Origin: Candidatus Parcubacteria bacterium
Lineage (GTDB): Bacteria > Patescibacteriota > Minisyncoccia > UBA6257 > 2-01-FULL-56-20
Length of the DNA: 63,098 nt
Direction: 5' to 3'
Assembly (NCBI GenBank): GCA_041169145.1
Contig: JBEEJO010000001.1
Location: 1-63,098, forward strand
The notes beneath the pieces were generated by a model. That model made no database searches. It was not told the origin of the DNA and saw nothing but the letters and a program-made list of their open reading frames with translations. Positions 44,039 to 55,096 of the stretch are shown here, one piece after another (the stretch's first letter is position 1; each line of letters opens with the position of its first letter). A program made the position numbers and the translations under genes.

Positions 44039-45328
44039 TCACTCCCTGAGCGCGATGATGAGGTCCGATACGTTGGAACCGGTATCGCCGATAAGCAGAT
44101 AGTCCCCGACGGCGTTCCAAAAATCGAACGATGCGCTCTTTGCGAGATACTCCTCCGGTGAGATGTGTAATGATTGAACTCGCTCTCCGGTCAGTATATC
44201 ACAGATGGCCCCGCCAAAGTCGGTATTATCCCGCCCATCCGACGCCACGGCAATAAGCACGCCATCCTTCGGCATCGCCGCAAGCGCGCCAAGCACGACT
44301 TCCTGATTCCGTCCACCCTTTCCCGGGCCTCGGACATTGACCGTCGTTTCACCGCCGTAGAGGAGCGCGGCCTTGGGCGCCGCACGACCGAGCTCTTCGG
44401 CGATACGCTTTCCGATATCGTGCGCTTCGCCCGCGAGCTTCGTATCGCGTATCGCAGGAACAAATCCTCCTGAACGAGCGGCTTCCGCCATCGCGTCAAG
44501 CGCGATCTGATTGGACACAACGACGATATTCTTCACTCGGGCGAACAATGCGTCATCCTTCGGCGTTTCCATCAGGCCGCATCCTTCCAGGCCGCACGAG
44601 CTCAAAATATTGTACTTCGCAAGCATTTCATCGGCCTGCTCTTTTGTTGTCGTATCCTTCACCGTCGGACCGGATGCAATAAAACCGATGTCATCGCTCC
44701 CCGGCACATCATTGAAAATAAGTGATACGACGCGCGCAGGGTGCATCGCTTGCGCCAAGAATCCGCCGCGAACGCGGGACATGTGCTTGCGAACCGTGTT
44801 CACGTCCTGAATGGGCGCGCCGGCGTTCATGAACGCGCCGAGGATGAGCGATTCCCGCTGCCAGTTCCCGTCATCGGGAAGGCACAAGAGCGTTGAGCCG
44901 CCGCCGGTCGCAAGGAAAATGACGGTGTCGTTCTCCGAGAGTCCCGAGCAGAATTTGAGAAGCGCCTGAGATGCTTCCACGTTTACGAGCGACGGGAACG
45001 GATGCGTACCGTGGTACACCGTCACGTTCCGCATCGGCGGAACTTCCCCCACCGCGATGATAAGACCGGCATGGAGCCGGTCGCCAAGAATGCGCTCAAG
45101 TTCCGCCGCGGCGCGAGCGGCACACTTCCCCACTCCGGCGATCAACAGCCGGCCCGGTCCCGAGAGCGGAATACGCTCGCCGTCTATGACAAGCGTGTCG
45201 CCATCGCGCCGCACCGTCTTCCGAATGACCTCTTCGGTATCTATCGCCCGCAATCCCGCCTCAACGATCTCCAACGCCTTGTGCCGGAGCGGCGTCTGCG
45301 CAAGCTGAGTCAAATTCTTTATTTTCAT
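44039..45328 (-). CDS. glycerate 2-kinase (DUF4147 + MOFRL, GckA/TtuD type)
   Basis: LLIAGVGKCAARAA, GGETTV...GKGGRNQE, and the MOFRL C-terminus. Confidence 0.8.
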   Translation of the reverse strand: MKIKNLTQLAQTPLRHKALEIVEAGLRAIDTEEVIRKTVRRDGDTLVIDGERIPLSGPGRLLIAGVGKCAARAAAELERILGDRLHAGLIIAVGEVPPMRNVTVYHGTHPFPSLVNVEASQALLKFCSGLSENDTVIFLATGGGSTLLCLPDDGNWQRESLILGAFMNAGAPIQDVNTVRKHMSRVRGGFLAQAMHPARVVSLIFNDVPGSDDIGFIASGPTVKDTTTKEQADEMLAKYNILSSCGLEGCGLMETPKDDALFARVKNIVVVSNQIALDAMAEAARSGGFVPAIRDTKLAGEAHDIGKRIAEELGRAAPKAALLYGGETTVNVRGPGKGGRNQEVVLGALAAMPKDGVLIAVASDGRDNTDFGGAICDILTGERVQSLHISPEEYLAKSASFDFWNAVGDYLLIGDTGSNVSDLIIALRE

Positions 45329-45376
45329 TTACCCTCAATTGTATCCTATCTGGAATTGCAGCCATAATCCTCCCCG

Positions 45377-48208
45377 TCAGAATCGTATCTCCTTCAATAC
45401 GCCTCCGGAGAAGTTGTAGACCTTCAGGTCAGCGGTCGCGGCGGCGGGGGTACCGTCGAGTCCGGTACAGGTGACGGTGTAGGTGGTGGAGACGGAGGGA
45501 GAGACGTTCATTGAGGATGCTTCCTGGACGGGGCCGATACCCTGGTTCATCACGCAGGTGTTGGCTTGGACGTTCTGGCAGTTCCATTCGAGGGATGGGC
45601 CCGTGGCCCGCTGTGGCGGGATGACGATACGGTTCGGGTTGATGGACATGGTGCAGGTGCCCGGAGGCAGAGGGCATGCGGGGAGCGATCCTGGGGGGCT
45701 CCCTTGGGGACTGCAAGTAGAGGCGGCGGGGTCTCCTGGGATCCGGGTGCAGGCATAGCCGATGCAGGTGTCGTAGTAGGTGATGCACTCAAGGTCATAT
45801 GTACATCCGTTGAGTCCCGGGCCGGTGAGTCTGGTGCAGGTGACAGTACCGGGGCTTATGCCCTGACAGACGTTGTGGCCGCAGTCGTTGTCCGCCGCGC
45901 ACTCGTCCGCACCACCGCCTGCTAACGGTTTGCACATGAGGAGCGGGTCGCAGCCAAGATGCGTGCAGGTGTTCCAGGTGCACCATGTACTGCAGTCACT
46001 GGGAGGGGTATCTGAGCAAGTGCCGTTGCTCTTGCCGTCGCTGTCGCCGTGGGCTAGATCGCCATCGTCGCAGGATTCGCCGGGTTCAAGTACGCCATTG
46101 CCGCAGTCGTTGCAGGTGTTCCAGATACAGGAGGTACTGCATAGAGCGGTGGGGCAGGTGCCGTTATTGATGCCGTCGTCGCATTGTTCGGATCCTTCTG
46201 GCCAGACGCCGTTCCCGCAAAATGCACTCGCAGTGATCGTTGTTCGTGCTTCCGCCGGCAATGCAGCGGAACGTTCGACGATGACCTTGCCGGTGTAGGA
46301 GGCAGCGGGAGTATAGATATGGGAAACGGTGTTCTGCGGACTCGTACTGATCGCGTTGCACTTGTATCCAACACCAACAGTTTCAATGCAACTTCCCGCT
46401 CCGGGATCCGTTAAATTGCCGCAGATAGAGCTCACTCCAGCAACACTCGTTCCAGTATCAATGCAATTCCACCAGAAAGAGTAGTTCATAGTACCAGCGG
46501 CAGTGCCGCCGACCGTGGCCTGGAGGATGGAAGAGAGCGGAGCGGGACCGCTTGTCGGTGATGCGGCGAGAGAGACGGAAAGGGTCGGAATCCTCGTGAA
46601 ATTCGCCCAATCGCAGAAGATATTCGTGTATGACGCGTTGGCCATATACACGTGCGTTGAGTACGTTCCGTATCCGGGATGGTTCGCGAAATCTATGGTC
46701 GCTTTCCAGGTGCCACCGCCCTGGTTCACGCCGGGGTACCAGATGATGTCATCCTGACCATTCAGGTCGGACCAGGTGGGAAATACCACGCTTGTGGCGT
46801 TCGTGACGCCGTAGGCATAGACGTCGTGGGTGGTGCCGGATTCGTTCACGCTGTCGGGGCCGGCGGAGGTGCAGGCGGGAGGCGTCACAACATTGATGAC
46901 CGCGTTCGTTGAATAGTCGCCAAACCAGGCGACGCCATCTTCAACCATCCTCCACTGGAAATTGTAGGGGTTGGGGGTTGCGGGTGCGGTGATGGTGAAG
47001 GTGAAGGTGAAGGGGTAGGTCGCCCCGGGGGCGACGTTGCCGGAGAGGTTTACGCGGCCGGTGCCCCATCGCACGTTGTCTTGGGGGTTCTGGGAACCAA
47101 GCCGGAACGGGTTCGCGCCGCCTGCGATCCATGTCGTGTCGCAGGAGGTGTTCTTCATCGTCACCGTCGTGGACGTCGTTTGGCTCGGCGCCATGAGTGT
47201 GGGGACGCTTTGGGAGATGAACTGGGCTTGGAGACCGTTCATACAGTTCTTGAATATGGTCGCAGCACTGATCCAGCCGGAGTTCGCACCCTGGTTGTCA
47301 GTAACTAGGATCCACACTTGGTACGTGTGATCGGGCGTCATGTCGACCACTTGCGGAGTGTTCGAAAAGGTCCAGCTTGTCGTGCCGGCGGCGTTCCAGG
47401 TTTTTGAACCAATGGCACCCCATCCGGCACCATTCCAGTCCTGGTTCGCAGTCGCATCGCGGAGGACGACTTGCACAAGGGAAACGGCGCTGTTGTCCGA
47501 CGCGGTGCCGGAAACGATACCGCTCCCGGCGGCCTGGACCGATGACCGTATTCTTTCGTTCGTAATGGGGTTCACCAGTGCGTCGATGGCGCCGGTCGGT
47601 GCGGGGTTCGGGCATGCCGTTCTCGCCGTGCAGTTCGTCTTGCATCCCGAGCCGCAGGCATCGGTGTTGCTACTACCCAAATCGCATTCTTCACTGCATT
47701 CCCGTACGCCGTTGCCGCAGGAGGAGCTGCAACCGCATGAATCTCTCGGCGTACAATCCGTTTTGCATCCCGAGCCGCAGGCATCGTTGTTGGCGCTTCC
47801 CGCATCGCATTGTTCGCTACCTTCTACAACGCCATTGCCGCAAACAGCGGGACAGTCACCAGAGCATGAGGAATATGACTCACCATTATTGCAGCTTCCA
47901 TCCCCACAATAGGGACCTTCCACACACCATTCATCCCAACATGTGCCGCAATCGAGGCTTCCATCTGACATTGGTCTATCTGTGCCCTGACAGTAGCTAC
48001 CCGGGCCGTTACAGGGAATCGGGTCGACACAGGCTCCAGCGCAACATCCTCCCTTCCCCTGAGCGCATACTTCCGGGTTGCACTGCAAGGCAAACACGCC
48101 CTGAGGGATTGCGAAGAATACTCCCATACTTAAGACGAGCGCCAGCACACCGAAGAACGCGTATCGCCGGACTAACGCTATGTCGATAGATATTGTCCCT
48201 TTCCTCAT
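45377..48208 (-). CDS. 943-aa secreted multidomain Cys-rich surface protein
   Basis: Signal/TM helix. Four CGNGVxExxExCD Cys-rich repeats (Myxococcus-type). Also an NBR1-like Ig domain, a GBS-Bsp-like repeat (FPTWSDLNGQDDIIWYPG), and a PKD-like segment. Confidence 0.7.
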   Translation of the reverse strand: MRKGTISIDIALVRRYAFFGVLALVLSMGVFFAIPQGVFALQCNPEVCAQGKGGCCAGACVDPIPCNGPGSYCQGTDRPMSDGSLDCGTCWDEWCVEGPYCGDGSCNNGESYSSCSGDCPAVCGNGVVEGSEQCDAGSANNDACGSGCKTDCTPRDSCGCSSSCGNGVRECSEECDLGSSNTDACGSGCKTNCTARTACPNPAPTGAIDALVNPITNERIRSSVQAAGSGIVSGTASDNSAVSLVQVVLRDATANQDWNGAGWGAIGSKTWNAAGTTSWTFSNTPQVVDMTPDHTYQVWILVTDNQGANSGWISAATIFKNCMNGLQAQFISQSVPTLMAPSQTTSTTVTMKNTSCDTTWIAGGANPFRLGSQNPQDNVRWGTGRVNLSGNVAPGATYPFTFTFTITAPATPNPYNFQWRMVEDGVAWFGDYSTNAVINVVTPPACTSAGPDSVNESGTTHDVYAYGVTNATSVVFPTWSDLNGQDDIIWYPGVNQGGGTWKATIDFANHPGYGTYSTHVYMANASYTNIFCDWANFTRIPTLSVSLAASPTSGPAPLSSILQATVGGTAAGTMNYSFWWNCIDTGTSVAGVSSICGNLTDPGAGSCIETVGVGYKCNAISTSPQNTVSHIYTPAASYTGKVIVERSAALPAEARTTITASAFCGNGVWPEGSEQCDDGINNGTCPTALCSTSCIWNTCNDCGNGVLEPGESCDDGDLAHGDSDGKSNGTCSDTPPSDCSTWCTWNTCTHLGCDPLLMCKPLAGGGADECAADNDCGHNVCQGISPGTVTCTRLTGPGLNGCTYDLECITYYDTCIGYACTRIPGDPAASTCSPQGSPPGSLPACPLPPGTCTMSINPNRIVIPPQRATGPSLEWNCQNVQANTCVMNQGIGPVQEASSMNVSPSVSTTYTVTCTGLDGTPAAATADLKVYNFSGGVLKEIRF

Positions 48209-48780
48209 CGTACTTTCAAAATAGTAAGGGAAATCTGAGCAGCAGCTTCACCCGGAAGCACTATAGCCGCGACGCGAAGTCCTTCTCGTTGAGCTTCGAT
48301 AGTACACATTTCATCCGTGCGACGACTTGTTCTGCCCGTCCAGCCTTCTTTCTTGAACGATGACGAATAGAACTGACAGATATTTCCCCAGGTATCGCCA
48401 GTGATGGTATACGACGCGGTATATCCCATCGTGCCGTCCGCGAATGTCACAGCCTGTACCACCGTATCTTTAGCGTCCACGCGGAAGAGCATATTGCGCG
48501 GGAGTGGTATGTCACTTACATTTGCCGAGGAGGTCGAGAGGATTCCTGGGAGGTTTAGCATCAGGCGGAGATTTGGAACAACAACAGGTGAAAGGCTCTG
48601 GGGAGTTCGTGCTGATTGAACTCCGTTCCGATCTGAAGGTGCTTGTAAAGCGACCTCTCTAAACTGATATGCCGCAAATACACCTCCAAGAATTAGAACG
48701 GCTACAAGGGTCGCTATCCACTTCAAACGCGAAGAGTGCCACTCGGACGGGACGTTCACGTATTCTCCTACTGGTTTCAT
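48205..48780 (-). CDS. hypothetical membrane-anchored protein
   Basis: 191 aa with one TM helix. Overlaps the downstream gene start by 4 nt (operon). Confidence 0.5.
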   Translation of the reverse strand: MKPVGEYVNVPSEWHSSRLKWIATLVAVLILGGVFAAYQFREVALQAPSDRNGVQSARTPQSLSPVVVPNLRLMLNLPGILSTSSANVSDIPLPRNMLFRVDAKDTVVQAVTFADGTMGYTASYTITGDTWGNICQFYSSSFKKEGWTGRTSRRTDEMCTIEAQREGLRVAAIVLPGEAAAQISLTILKVR

Positions 48781-48935
48781 AGGACAAATAGATCAATTAT
48801 AAAAACTGGCGTGGTTTCATTCTAGCAAATTATGGCGAATGGGTATAAGAATGTTGTTGATGCCCCGGAGCGCGCGAGCGCGCTCCGGGGCATAGATCGA
48901 CGTTGGACTTTCGCGGTAAGAGCCGTTGAGTATGG

Positions 48936-49451
48936 TCATGGATTACAGAAAGACCATGTCAACCTGTACATCGCGTCCTTCTGGCTGCGATTCCTGACGT
49001 AGATAAACAACCGTTCATCCGCCGCCTTGAGGACATAGGACACCTCTCTTGGATGAACGCCTGGCGCCGTTGAATCCGACAGGCCGGGCCAGCAGGTATC
49101 CTGCGATGGCGGACAGGCGTCAGGGGGAGAGCTGTAATTGTACAGGTACAACTGCACGTCCGCCCCGGGTGGTTGAGGCGTCCATTCTAGATTTACGTGG
49201 AACACCATCCCGACGGCTCGTGTTGCTTGAGACATCCCGATTGACCCTGCTTCGCCAGACGATATCAACGACCAGTCTCGAGTACGCGTCTCGGGACAGT
49301 TTGGCGTCGGCGATGGCGTGGGTGTCGTCGGCACCGGGCCGGGCTGGCCGGGGTCGGTGGGACCCTTGCCTCCGCCTCCACAGGCGGAGAGAGTGAGGAT
49401 GAACAGGATGCCGCAGGCCACGGAGGCCGCGGTGCGGAGATGCTTCGTCAT
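48936..49451 (-). CDS. putative lipoprotein
   Basis: GGGAGGtagccATG. Signal peptide with lipobox LTLSAC, followed by a Pro/Thr linker. Confidence 0.6.
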   Translation of the reverse strand: MTKHLRTAASVACGILFILTLSACGGGGKGPTDPGQPGPVPTTPTPSPTPNCPETRTRDWSLISSGEAGSIGMSQATRAVGMVFHVNLEWTPQPPGADVQLYLYNYSSPPDACPPSQDTCWPGLSDSTAPGVHPREVSYVLKAADERLFIYVRNRSQKDAMYRLTWSFCNP

Positions 49452-49686
49452 GGCTACCTCCCTATTGCCTGGGGCATCGGATGATGCCGGGCAAGGAGAA
49501 GACGGGTTGGAGTTGCTCCGTGTCAGTGTCGTGCTGTAAAAGCTGGCAGCGGGATGCTGCCCCGATATTTCATCGCACTCTAGGCGATGATGTCGGGGTC
49601 CCGACTGTAGGTCGGGACTGGAGCGAGCTGGACTTCTTATACCACAATTATTTCCGTTTGACCAGCTCTTGGCGAGAGTGGTGCGG

Positions 49687-50070
49687 CTACTGCGAAGATG
49701 TTGCCGCAATGAGCGGGCAGCCGCTTTCCGAAGAAAGCTTCTGGAGGCCTTGCTCGCCGGCGAAGATGCGGCCATCCGGGAATACCCACGTCGGATATCC
49801 CTTCACGCCTTTCGCAAGACACATCTGCGGATTGTTGGGACATTCCACATACGGCACGAACTGGATCGATGAACCGAAAAGGCGCTTTTCGCGCTGGCAG
49901 TGCGGGCACCATGCCGCGCCATACATTGTCACTTTCTTATCAGCTAAACATTTCGCGAAGGCATCGTACGTGCCGTCGGCAACGGGGAATCCATAAAGCT
50001 CAAATAGCCCCACGCCGGCAAGAACGAGCGCGATAAGAATGAAGAGTGCGCGTCTTTTTCTATTCATCAC
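49687..50070 (-). CDS. membrane-anchored thioredoxin-fold protein (CPHC)
   Basis: N-terminal TM helix, then YGAAWCPHCQREK...GYPTW. Confidence 0.8.
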   Translation of the reverse strand: MMNRKRRALFILIALVLAGVGLFELYGFPVADGTYDAFAKCLADKKVTMYGAAWCPHCQREKRLFGSSIQFVPYVECPNNPQMCLAKGVKGYPTWVFPDGRIFAGEQGLQKLSSESGCPLIAATSSQ

Positions 50071-50560
50071 AACAGTTCACGAGCTTATCCACGATATCCT
50101 GGAGCGCCCACGGCTTGTCTTTCGCAGCCGTTTCCTTGATGCCGTCGATCGAAATAAGTTTGAGGCGCAGACCCCAAAACAGCGAATACATCCGATAGGC
50201 GTGGTCGAACAACTCTTTAGCGAGATCTTTTTTGCCGTCCTGCTGGAGCTTCGTGCCGACCTCCATGAACCGCATGGATGCCGCGAGGAGATGCTTCGTG
50301 ATGCACCAGGTCTCCCCTTCGTGCTGATCTTTCGGTACGAGTTTCGCGAGCAACGCCTTGCGCGATTGGCGCACTTCGTTCAGCAGGTCGAAATATTCCG
50401 GTTTCCCCGTTTTTTCGCCCGTGAAGAAGAAATGTTCTTCGAGCGAGATAAGATTCATGACGCCGATCGAGAGATCTTCGTCGGTGGAAAGATCCACGCC
50501 CGAAGATTTTCGCGCCTCGTCGACTTTTTTCAAGAGTTCCTGAAATTGTTTTTCGTCCAT
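50060..50560 (-). CDS. hypothetical protein ending in CCDE
   Basis: 166-aa helical ORF, overlapping the thioredoxin gene start by 11 nt. No family recognised. Confidence 0.5.
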   Translation of the reverse strand: MDEKQFQELLKKVDEARKSSGVDLSTDEDLSIGVMNLISLEEHFFFTGEKTGKPEYFDLLNEVRQSRKALLAKLVPKDQHEGETWCITKHLLAASMRFMEVGTKLQQDGKKDLAKELFDHAYRMYSLFWGLRLKLISIDGIKETAAKDKPWALQDIVDKLVNCCDE

Positions 50561-50599
50561 GGTAGTGCGTAGTGATGTTGATGGTAGCGACTTTTTTAA

Positions 50600-51376
50600 T
50601 TATGGAAGGAGGAAGATCGATATGCCGAGAACGACCATGGCGACGCCGCCCCAAAACCGCATTGCGCCTGAACGTTCGCGTTTCCAGCTCTGGACCCGTT
50701 CAAGCACTGCGTGATCGCTCCCCGCACCGAGGATGATGACGAGCGGGAGCACGAAGATGAGGTTGTAGAGCAGGAGGTAGCCGAATCCTTGCATGAACGT
50801 CCCGGCGTTCGCCAGGAGTCCGAGAATGAGAAGGTACGGCCCGCCGGTGCAGGGAAATTCCGAAAGGCCGACGAATATTCCGAGAATGAGCGCCGTTCGG
50901 TATGACGCTTTTTCCATCAAGACCGCCATTGTGCGGTGCGCCGCTTGCGGTATCTTCGTTTTGATGGGGAAGGACGGGAACAGTTCGTTCACGACGTTCA
51001 GGAACCCGCCCGCGATGAGGATTGCCGCGCCGATACGGGCGATGAGGTGCGGCAAGGCGAATGCCGCAAGCGCCTTGACCAAACCGAGGCCGATCAGAAC
51101 ATAAATGAGGAATACGCCGGCGATGTAGAAACTGCCGATGGCGAGGATGTTCGTCCGCGTCCTGCCCAGACTCACGAGGAATGCGAGTGTGAGGAGAAGA
51201 ACCGAAAACGCGCACGGATTTACGCTGTCCACGAGCGCAGCGACGACAAGAAGCGGCAAGAACCACGGGCTTTGCAGCGTCACGGCATTCAACGTGTCTT
51301 CGCGCACCATCCCATATCCCACAAGCGCGGCAACGAGCAGGGCAAGCGCAACAAAAATGATGAGTTTCTTTGTCAT
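50600..51376 (-). CDS. ccdA: cytochrome c biogenesis/thiol-disulfide transporter CcdA (DsbD core)
   Basis: DSVNPCAFSVLL and GLSEFPCTGGPYL conserved Cys motifs. Six TM helices. Confidence 0.85.
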   Translation of the reverse strand: MTKKLIIFVALALLVAALVGYGMVREDTLNAVTLQSPWFLPLLVVAALVDSVNPCAFSVLLLTLAFLVSLGRTRTNILAIGSFYIAGVFLIYVLIGLGLVKALAAFALPHLIARIGAAILIAGGFLNVVNELFPSFPIKTKIPQAAHRTMAVLMEKASYRTALILGIFVGLSEFPCTGGPYLLILGLLANAGTFMQGFGYLLLYNLIFVLPLVIILGAGSDHAVLERVQSWKRERSGAMRFWGGVAMVVLGISIFLLP

Positions 51377-51430
51377 GGTTTTTCTTCTCTTCGCGAAGCG
51401 CCGCGTCGGGCGCTTCGCGAAGAGCATACC

Positions 51431-53617
51431 TCAGGTCGATATTTTCTTCAACGCACCCCGAATGCGCAAACTGTTCCCGATGACGCTTACGGACGACAGA
51501 GCCATCGCTCCCGAAGCGATCATGGGGTTCAGGAACCCGAATGCCGCAAGGGGGATGGCCGCAACGTTATATGCGAATGCCCAGAAGAGATTCTGTACGA
51601 TGGTGCGGAAGGTGATCCGCGCGAGCCGGAGCGCTTCCACGACCTTTGCCGGACTTCCCTTCACGAGAACGATGTTCCCCGCCTCTATCGCGATATCGGT
51701 TCCCGTTCCCATCGCAATACCCAGATCCGCCTGCACAAGCGCTGGCGCATCATTCACGCCATCGCCGACAAAAGCGACTTTCTTCCCGTTCGCCTGCAGT
51801 TCTTTCACTTTGTTCGCTTTTTCACCGGGAAGCACTCCGGCGAAGACGGTCTTCATGCCAAGTTCGCTCGCTATCGCCTCGGCGGTCTTCTGATTGTCGC
51901 CGGTGAGCATCACGCTTTCTACGCCGTCTCGCGCAAGCTCTGCGATCGCTATTTTCGCATCCGGTTTCACCGTGTCCGCGATGCCGATAGCGCCAAAAAG
52001 CATTCCGCCGTGAGCGACGAACACGACGCTCCGTGCGGACGACTCAAGCCGGGCGATGTCGTTCTGGAGCGCACTGGCGGATATTCCCTGTTCTTCCAAG
52101 AATTTCACTTTCCCGACGATCGTTATCTCGCCGGCGATCGTCCCCTGAACGCCAAACCCGGCAGCATTCACGAATCCTTTTGTTTCGGAGAGCGCAATAT
52201 TATCTGCCGATGCCCGGGCAACGATGGCTTGCGCGAGCGGATGCTCCGAAAGTTTCTCCAACGATGCGGCGAGACGCAGAACATCCTCTGTGGTCTTTCC
52301 CGCCGAGGGAACGATATCCGTCACCACCGGCTTTCCTTCGGTGAGCGTCCCAGTCTTGTCAAAGACCACGACGTCTATCTTTCGCGAGCGTTCCAGCGCT
52401 TCGCCATTCTTGATGAGAATGCCCTTCCGCGCGCCGAGTCCGGTACCGACCATGATGGCGGTCGGCGTTGCAAGACCGAGCGCGCAGGGACACGCGATGA
52501 CGAGCACGGCAACAGCCGAGATGACCGCATTCGCGATGTTTTGCGTCGCGAGATACCAGCCACCGGCAGTCGCGAGCGCGATAAGAATGACGGCCGGCAC
52601 AAAAATACTTGAAGCGCGATCGGCAAGTTTCTCTATCGGCGCTTTCTTCGCCTGCGCATCTTCCACGACGCGTACGATCTGCGCGAGCGCGGTTTCGGCG
52701 CCGACCTTCGCGGCGCGGATGCGGATCGCACCGCTTACATTCACCGTCGCGCCGAAAACGTCATCTCCTTCTTTTTTATCAACCGGCATGGATTCGCCGG
52801 TAAGCATCGATTCGTCAACGCTCGTCGCGCCCGAACGCACCGTGCCATCGGTCGGGATCTTTTCTCCCGGTTTCACGAGTAGTACATCCCCCACTGCGAT
52901 GCTTTCCGCCGGCACATTTCGTTCGGTTCCGTCCGGCAACATAAGTCGCGCGGTCTTCGCGCCGAGTTCCATGAGCTTCCGGATGGCTTGCGATGCTTCT
53001 CCGCGGCTTCGCGCTTCTAAATATCGACCGAGGAGAATGAGTGCGGTTATGACCGCGCCGGTTTCATAGTACACAGCTTCGTTCCGGAACATTGCCCAGC
53101 CGCTCCATGCGAGCGCCGCAAGCGTTCCGACAGAGACCAGCGTGTTCATGTCGGCGGAAAACCTCCGTGCTTGCCGAAGCATGCCAATGTGGAATTCTCT
53201 TCCGAGCACAAGGACCGCGAATGCCGAAAGTGCGGCTTGGAGCCAAACGCTCGCGTTCACGCCAAGGGTCGCCCACGGGAACATCGCCTCTCCCATCGCG
53301 AGAATGAGCGCGGGAGCCGCAAGGGCGATAGCGATGAATGCGCGGTTCTTGACCGCCGCAAGCTCGTTCGTTGCCGGGTGATGGTGCGCGCGCTCCCCTC
53401 CCGCGAGCGCAGCCGCAACATGGTACCCATTCTCTTCTATCACGCGTCGAAAGTCCTGCTCGCCCACTTTCGTTTCGTCGTATTCCACCGTCGCCCGCTC
53501 CGTACCAAAATTCACCGAAGCATCCGCAACACCCGGGAGTTTTTTCAGTGCATCCTCATTCCGCACCACGCACGACGCGCAATGCATTCCCACAATGCCG
53601 AATGATGTCTTTCTCAT
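51431..53617 (-). CDS. copA: copper-translocating P1B-type ATPase
   Basis: HMA GMHCASC, TGES, CPC ([12 protein letters not shown]), [15 protein letters not shown]. Confidence 0.93.
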   Translation of the reverse strand: MRKTSFGIVGMHCASCVVRNEDALKKLPGVADASVNFGTERATVEYDETKVGEQDFRRVIEENGYHVAAALAGGERAHHHPATNELAAVKNRAFIAIALAAPALILAMGEAMFPWATLGVNASVWLQAALSAFAVLVLGREFHIGMLRQARRFSADMNTLVSVGTLAALAWSGWAMFRNEAVYYETGAVITALILLGRYLEARSRGEASQAIRKLMELGAKTARLMLPDGTERNVPAESIAVGDVLLVKPGEKIPTDGTVRSGATSVDESMLTGESMPVDKKEGDDVFGATVNVSGAIRIRAAKVGAETALAQIVRVVEDAQAKKAPIEKLADRASSIFVPAVILIALATAGGWYLATQNIANAVISAVAVLVIACPCALGLATPTAIMVGTGLGARKGILIKNGEALERSRKIDVVVFDKTGTLTEGKPVVTDIVPSAGKTTEDVLRLAASLEKLSEHPLAQAIVARASADNIALSETKGFVNAAGFGVQGTIAGEITIVGKVKFLEEQGISASALQNDIARLESSARSVVFVAHGGMLFGAIGIADTVKPDAKIAIAELARDGVESVMLTGDNQKTAEAIASELGMKTVFAGVLPGEKANKVKELQANGKKVAFVGDGVNDAPALVQADLGIAMGTGTDIAIEAGNIVLVKGSPAKVVEALRLARITFRTIVQNLFWAFAYNVAAIPLAAFGFLNPMIASGAMALSSVSVIGNSLRIRGALKKIST

Positions 53618-53621
53618 GGCA

Positions 53622-55010
53622 TTAGATATTGTTCGGTACGACGATGAATGCGGAATTCGGCGTCATCATGCCCATACTGCAGTTGAACGCCAGCTCGCCG
53701 GGCCTCTCGGGCCTGAATTGAATGACGGTCTCGCCACGGGATTTGAGCATCTGGGTAATACCGAGCGCCGGCATCGTTATCACGCGCCCGCAACCTGTCG
53801 CGGTCTCGCCGTCAATGCGCCACTCAACCGGAACGCCCGCGCGCACGCGGAAACGATTCGGCGTATAGGTGTATCCGGCCGCGCGCATCTGCACGACCTG
53901 TTTTCCGTCAACAAGCGGAACAAGTTCCTCCTGCGCTGTATTGTTTTTTGCCCCTCCCGTGAAGAATGCCGCAAGATCAATGGGTTTTCCGCCCGCCAGA
54001 ACGATGCCGCTCTGCATATTCATGACACCGAGCAAGACCACAACCGTGCCGGCAACACGGAGGACGTAGTGCCGGAAAGCGCCTTTTGTGAAGCTTGTAA
54101 GCGCAGAGAGCGAAAGGAGTGCCGGCAGGGTGCCAAGCGCAAAAACAAACATCGTGAGTGCGCCCGTTATCCAACTTCCCGTTGCCAGGACATAGAGCTG
54201 AAGCGCTTGCGTGAACCCGCACGGCAAGAAGAATGTCAACGCACCGAGCACAAATGGCGTGGCAGGACGATCGGAATCAGAGAGGTTATGGATGTGATGC
54301 GCAAGCGCCTTGGGCATTCGCGGCATAAACCGGCTTGTGCCCGGGAAAAGGTTAAGGAGCTGAAAGCCAAGAATAATCATCACGATGCTCACGCCGATCG
54401 TCAGCACACCATTTGCTTGCGCTGAAAGCCCAACGACCGAACCCAACGCTCCAACCAATCCACCAAAAACACTGTAACCGATGACCCGGCCGGCGTTGAA
54501 TGCAAGTTGCGGGCGCAATTTTTGCCAGCCGGAACGCTGCGGAAAACGTACACTATACCGCGCCGAAACCGCCACGAGTAATCCGCCCGTCACCGCCATG
54601 CACGTAGAAACGGACGCTATGAGACCGATGAGGAACACGAGGCCATATCCCATGTTCTCCGTAATTTCAAGAGATGGGAGAAGATTCATTTGCTTTAGCA
54701 TGAGATACCACGCGGCAACTAAAAGGAAGATGGCGCCAATTTCGGCATAGTCCATGGGGCCGTTCCGCCGCGGCGGCTCTTCTTTGTTTTCTTCCGCTCG
54801 CGATACCCGATAGCCATACTCGTGCACGGCAGCGTTAAGTTCCACAATACGCGGCTCTTCCGAATACCACACTGTGGCGTCCCCGCTCACATGATCTACT
54901 TCGGCACGTTCCACACCCTTCACGTCTTTGAATTTTCGCTCAATGACGACTTCGCAGCTTGCGCAATGCGTGCCGGTAATATGCAGTTGTATTTTTTTAG
55001 ATGATTCCAT
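53622..55010 (-). CDS. HMA domain + DsbD_2/TauE-like membrane domain + C-terminal cupredoxin-like domain protein
   Basis: [14 protein letters not shown], multiple TM helices with FLPCGFT, and a C-terminal beta domain ending in CSMGMM. Start moved to ATG 55010. Confidence 0.75.
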   Translation of the reverse strand: MESSKKIQLHITGTHCASCEVVIERKFKDVKGVERAEVDHVSGDATVWYSEEPRIVELNAAVHEYGYRVSRAEENKEEPPRRNGPMDYAEIGAIFLLVAAWYLMLKQMNLLPSLEITENMGYGLVFLIGLIASVSTCMAVTGGLLVAVSARYSVRFPQRSGWQKLRPQLAFNAGRVIGYSVFGGLVGALGSVVGLSAQANGVLTIGVSIVMIILGFQLLNLFPGTSRFMPRMPKALAHHIHNLSDSDRPATPFVLGALTFFLPCGFTQALQLYVLATGSWITGALTMFVFALGTLPALLSLSALTSFTKGAFRHYVLRVAGTVVVLLGVMNMQSGIVLAGGKPIDLAAFFTGGAKNNTAQEELVPLVDGKQVVQMRAAGYTYTPNRFRVRAGVPVEWRIDGETATGCGRVITMPALGITQMLKSRGETVIQFRPERPGELAFNCSMGMMTPNSAFIVVPNNI

Positions 55011-55096
55011 GAATGTGCATCTCTGATGAACGACTGGAAAACGTATGCAAAAACACCGCCCGAGCACGCAGGTGCGTGCAAAGAGCGGACATAACA

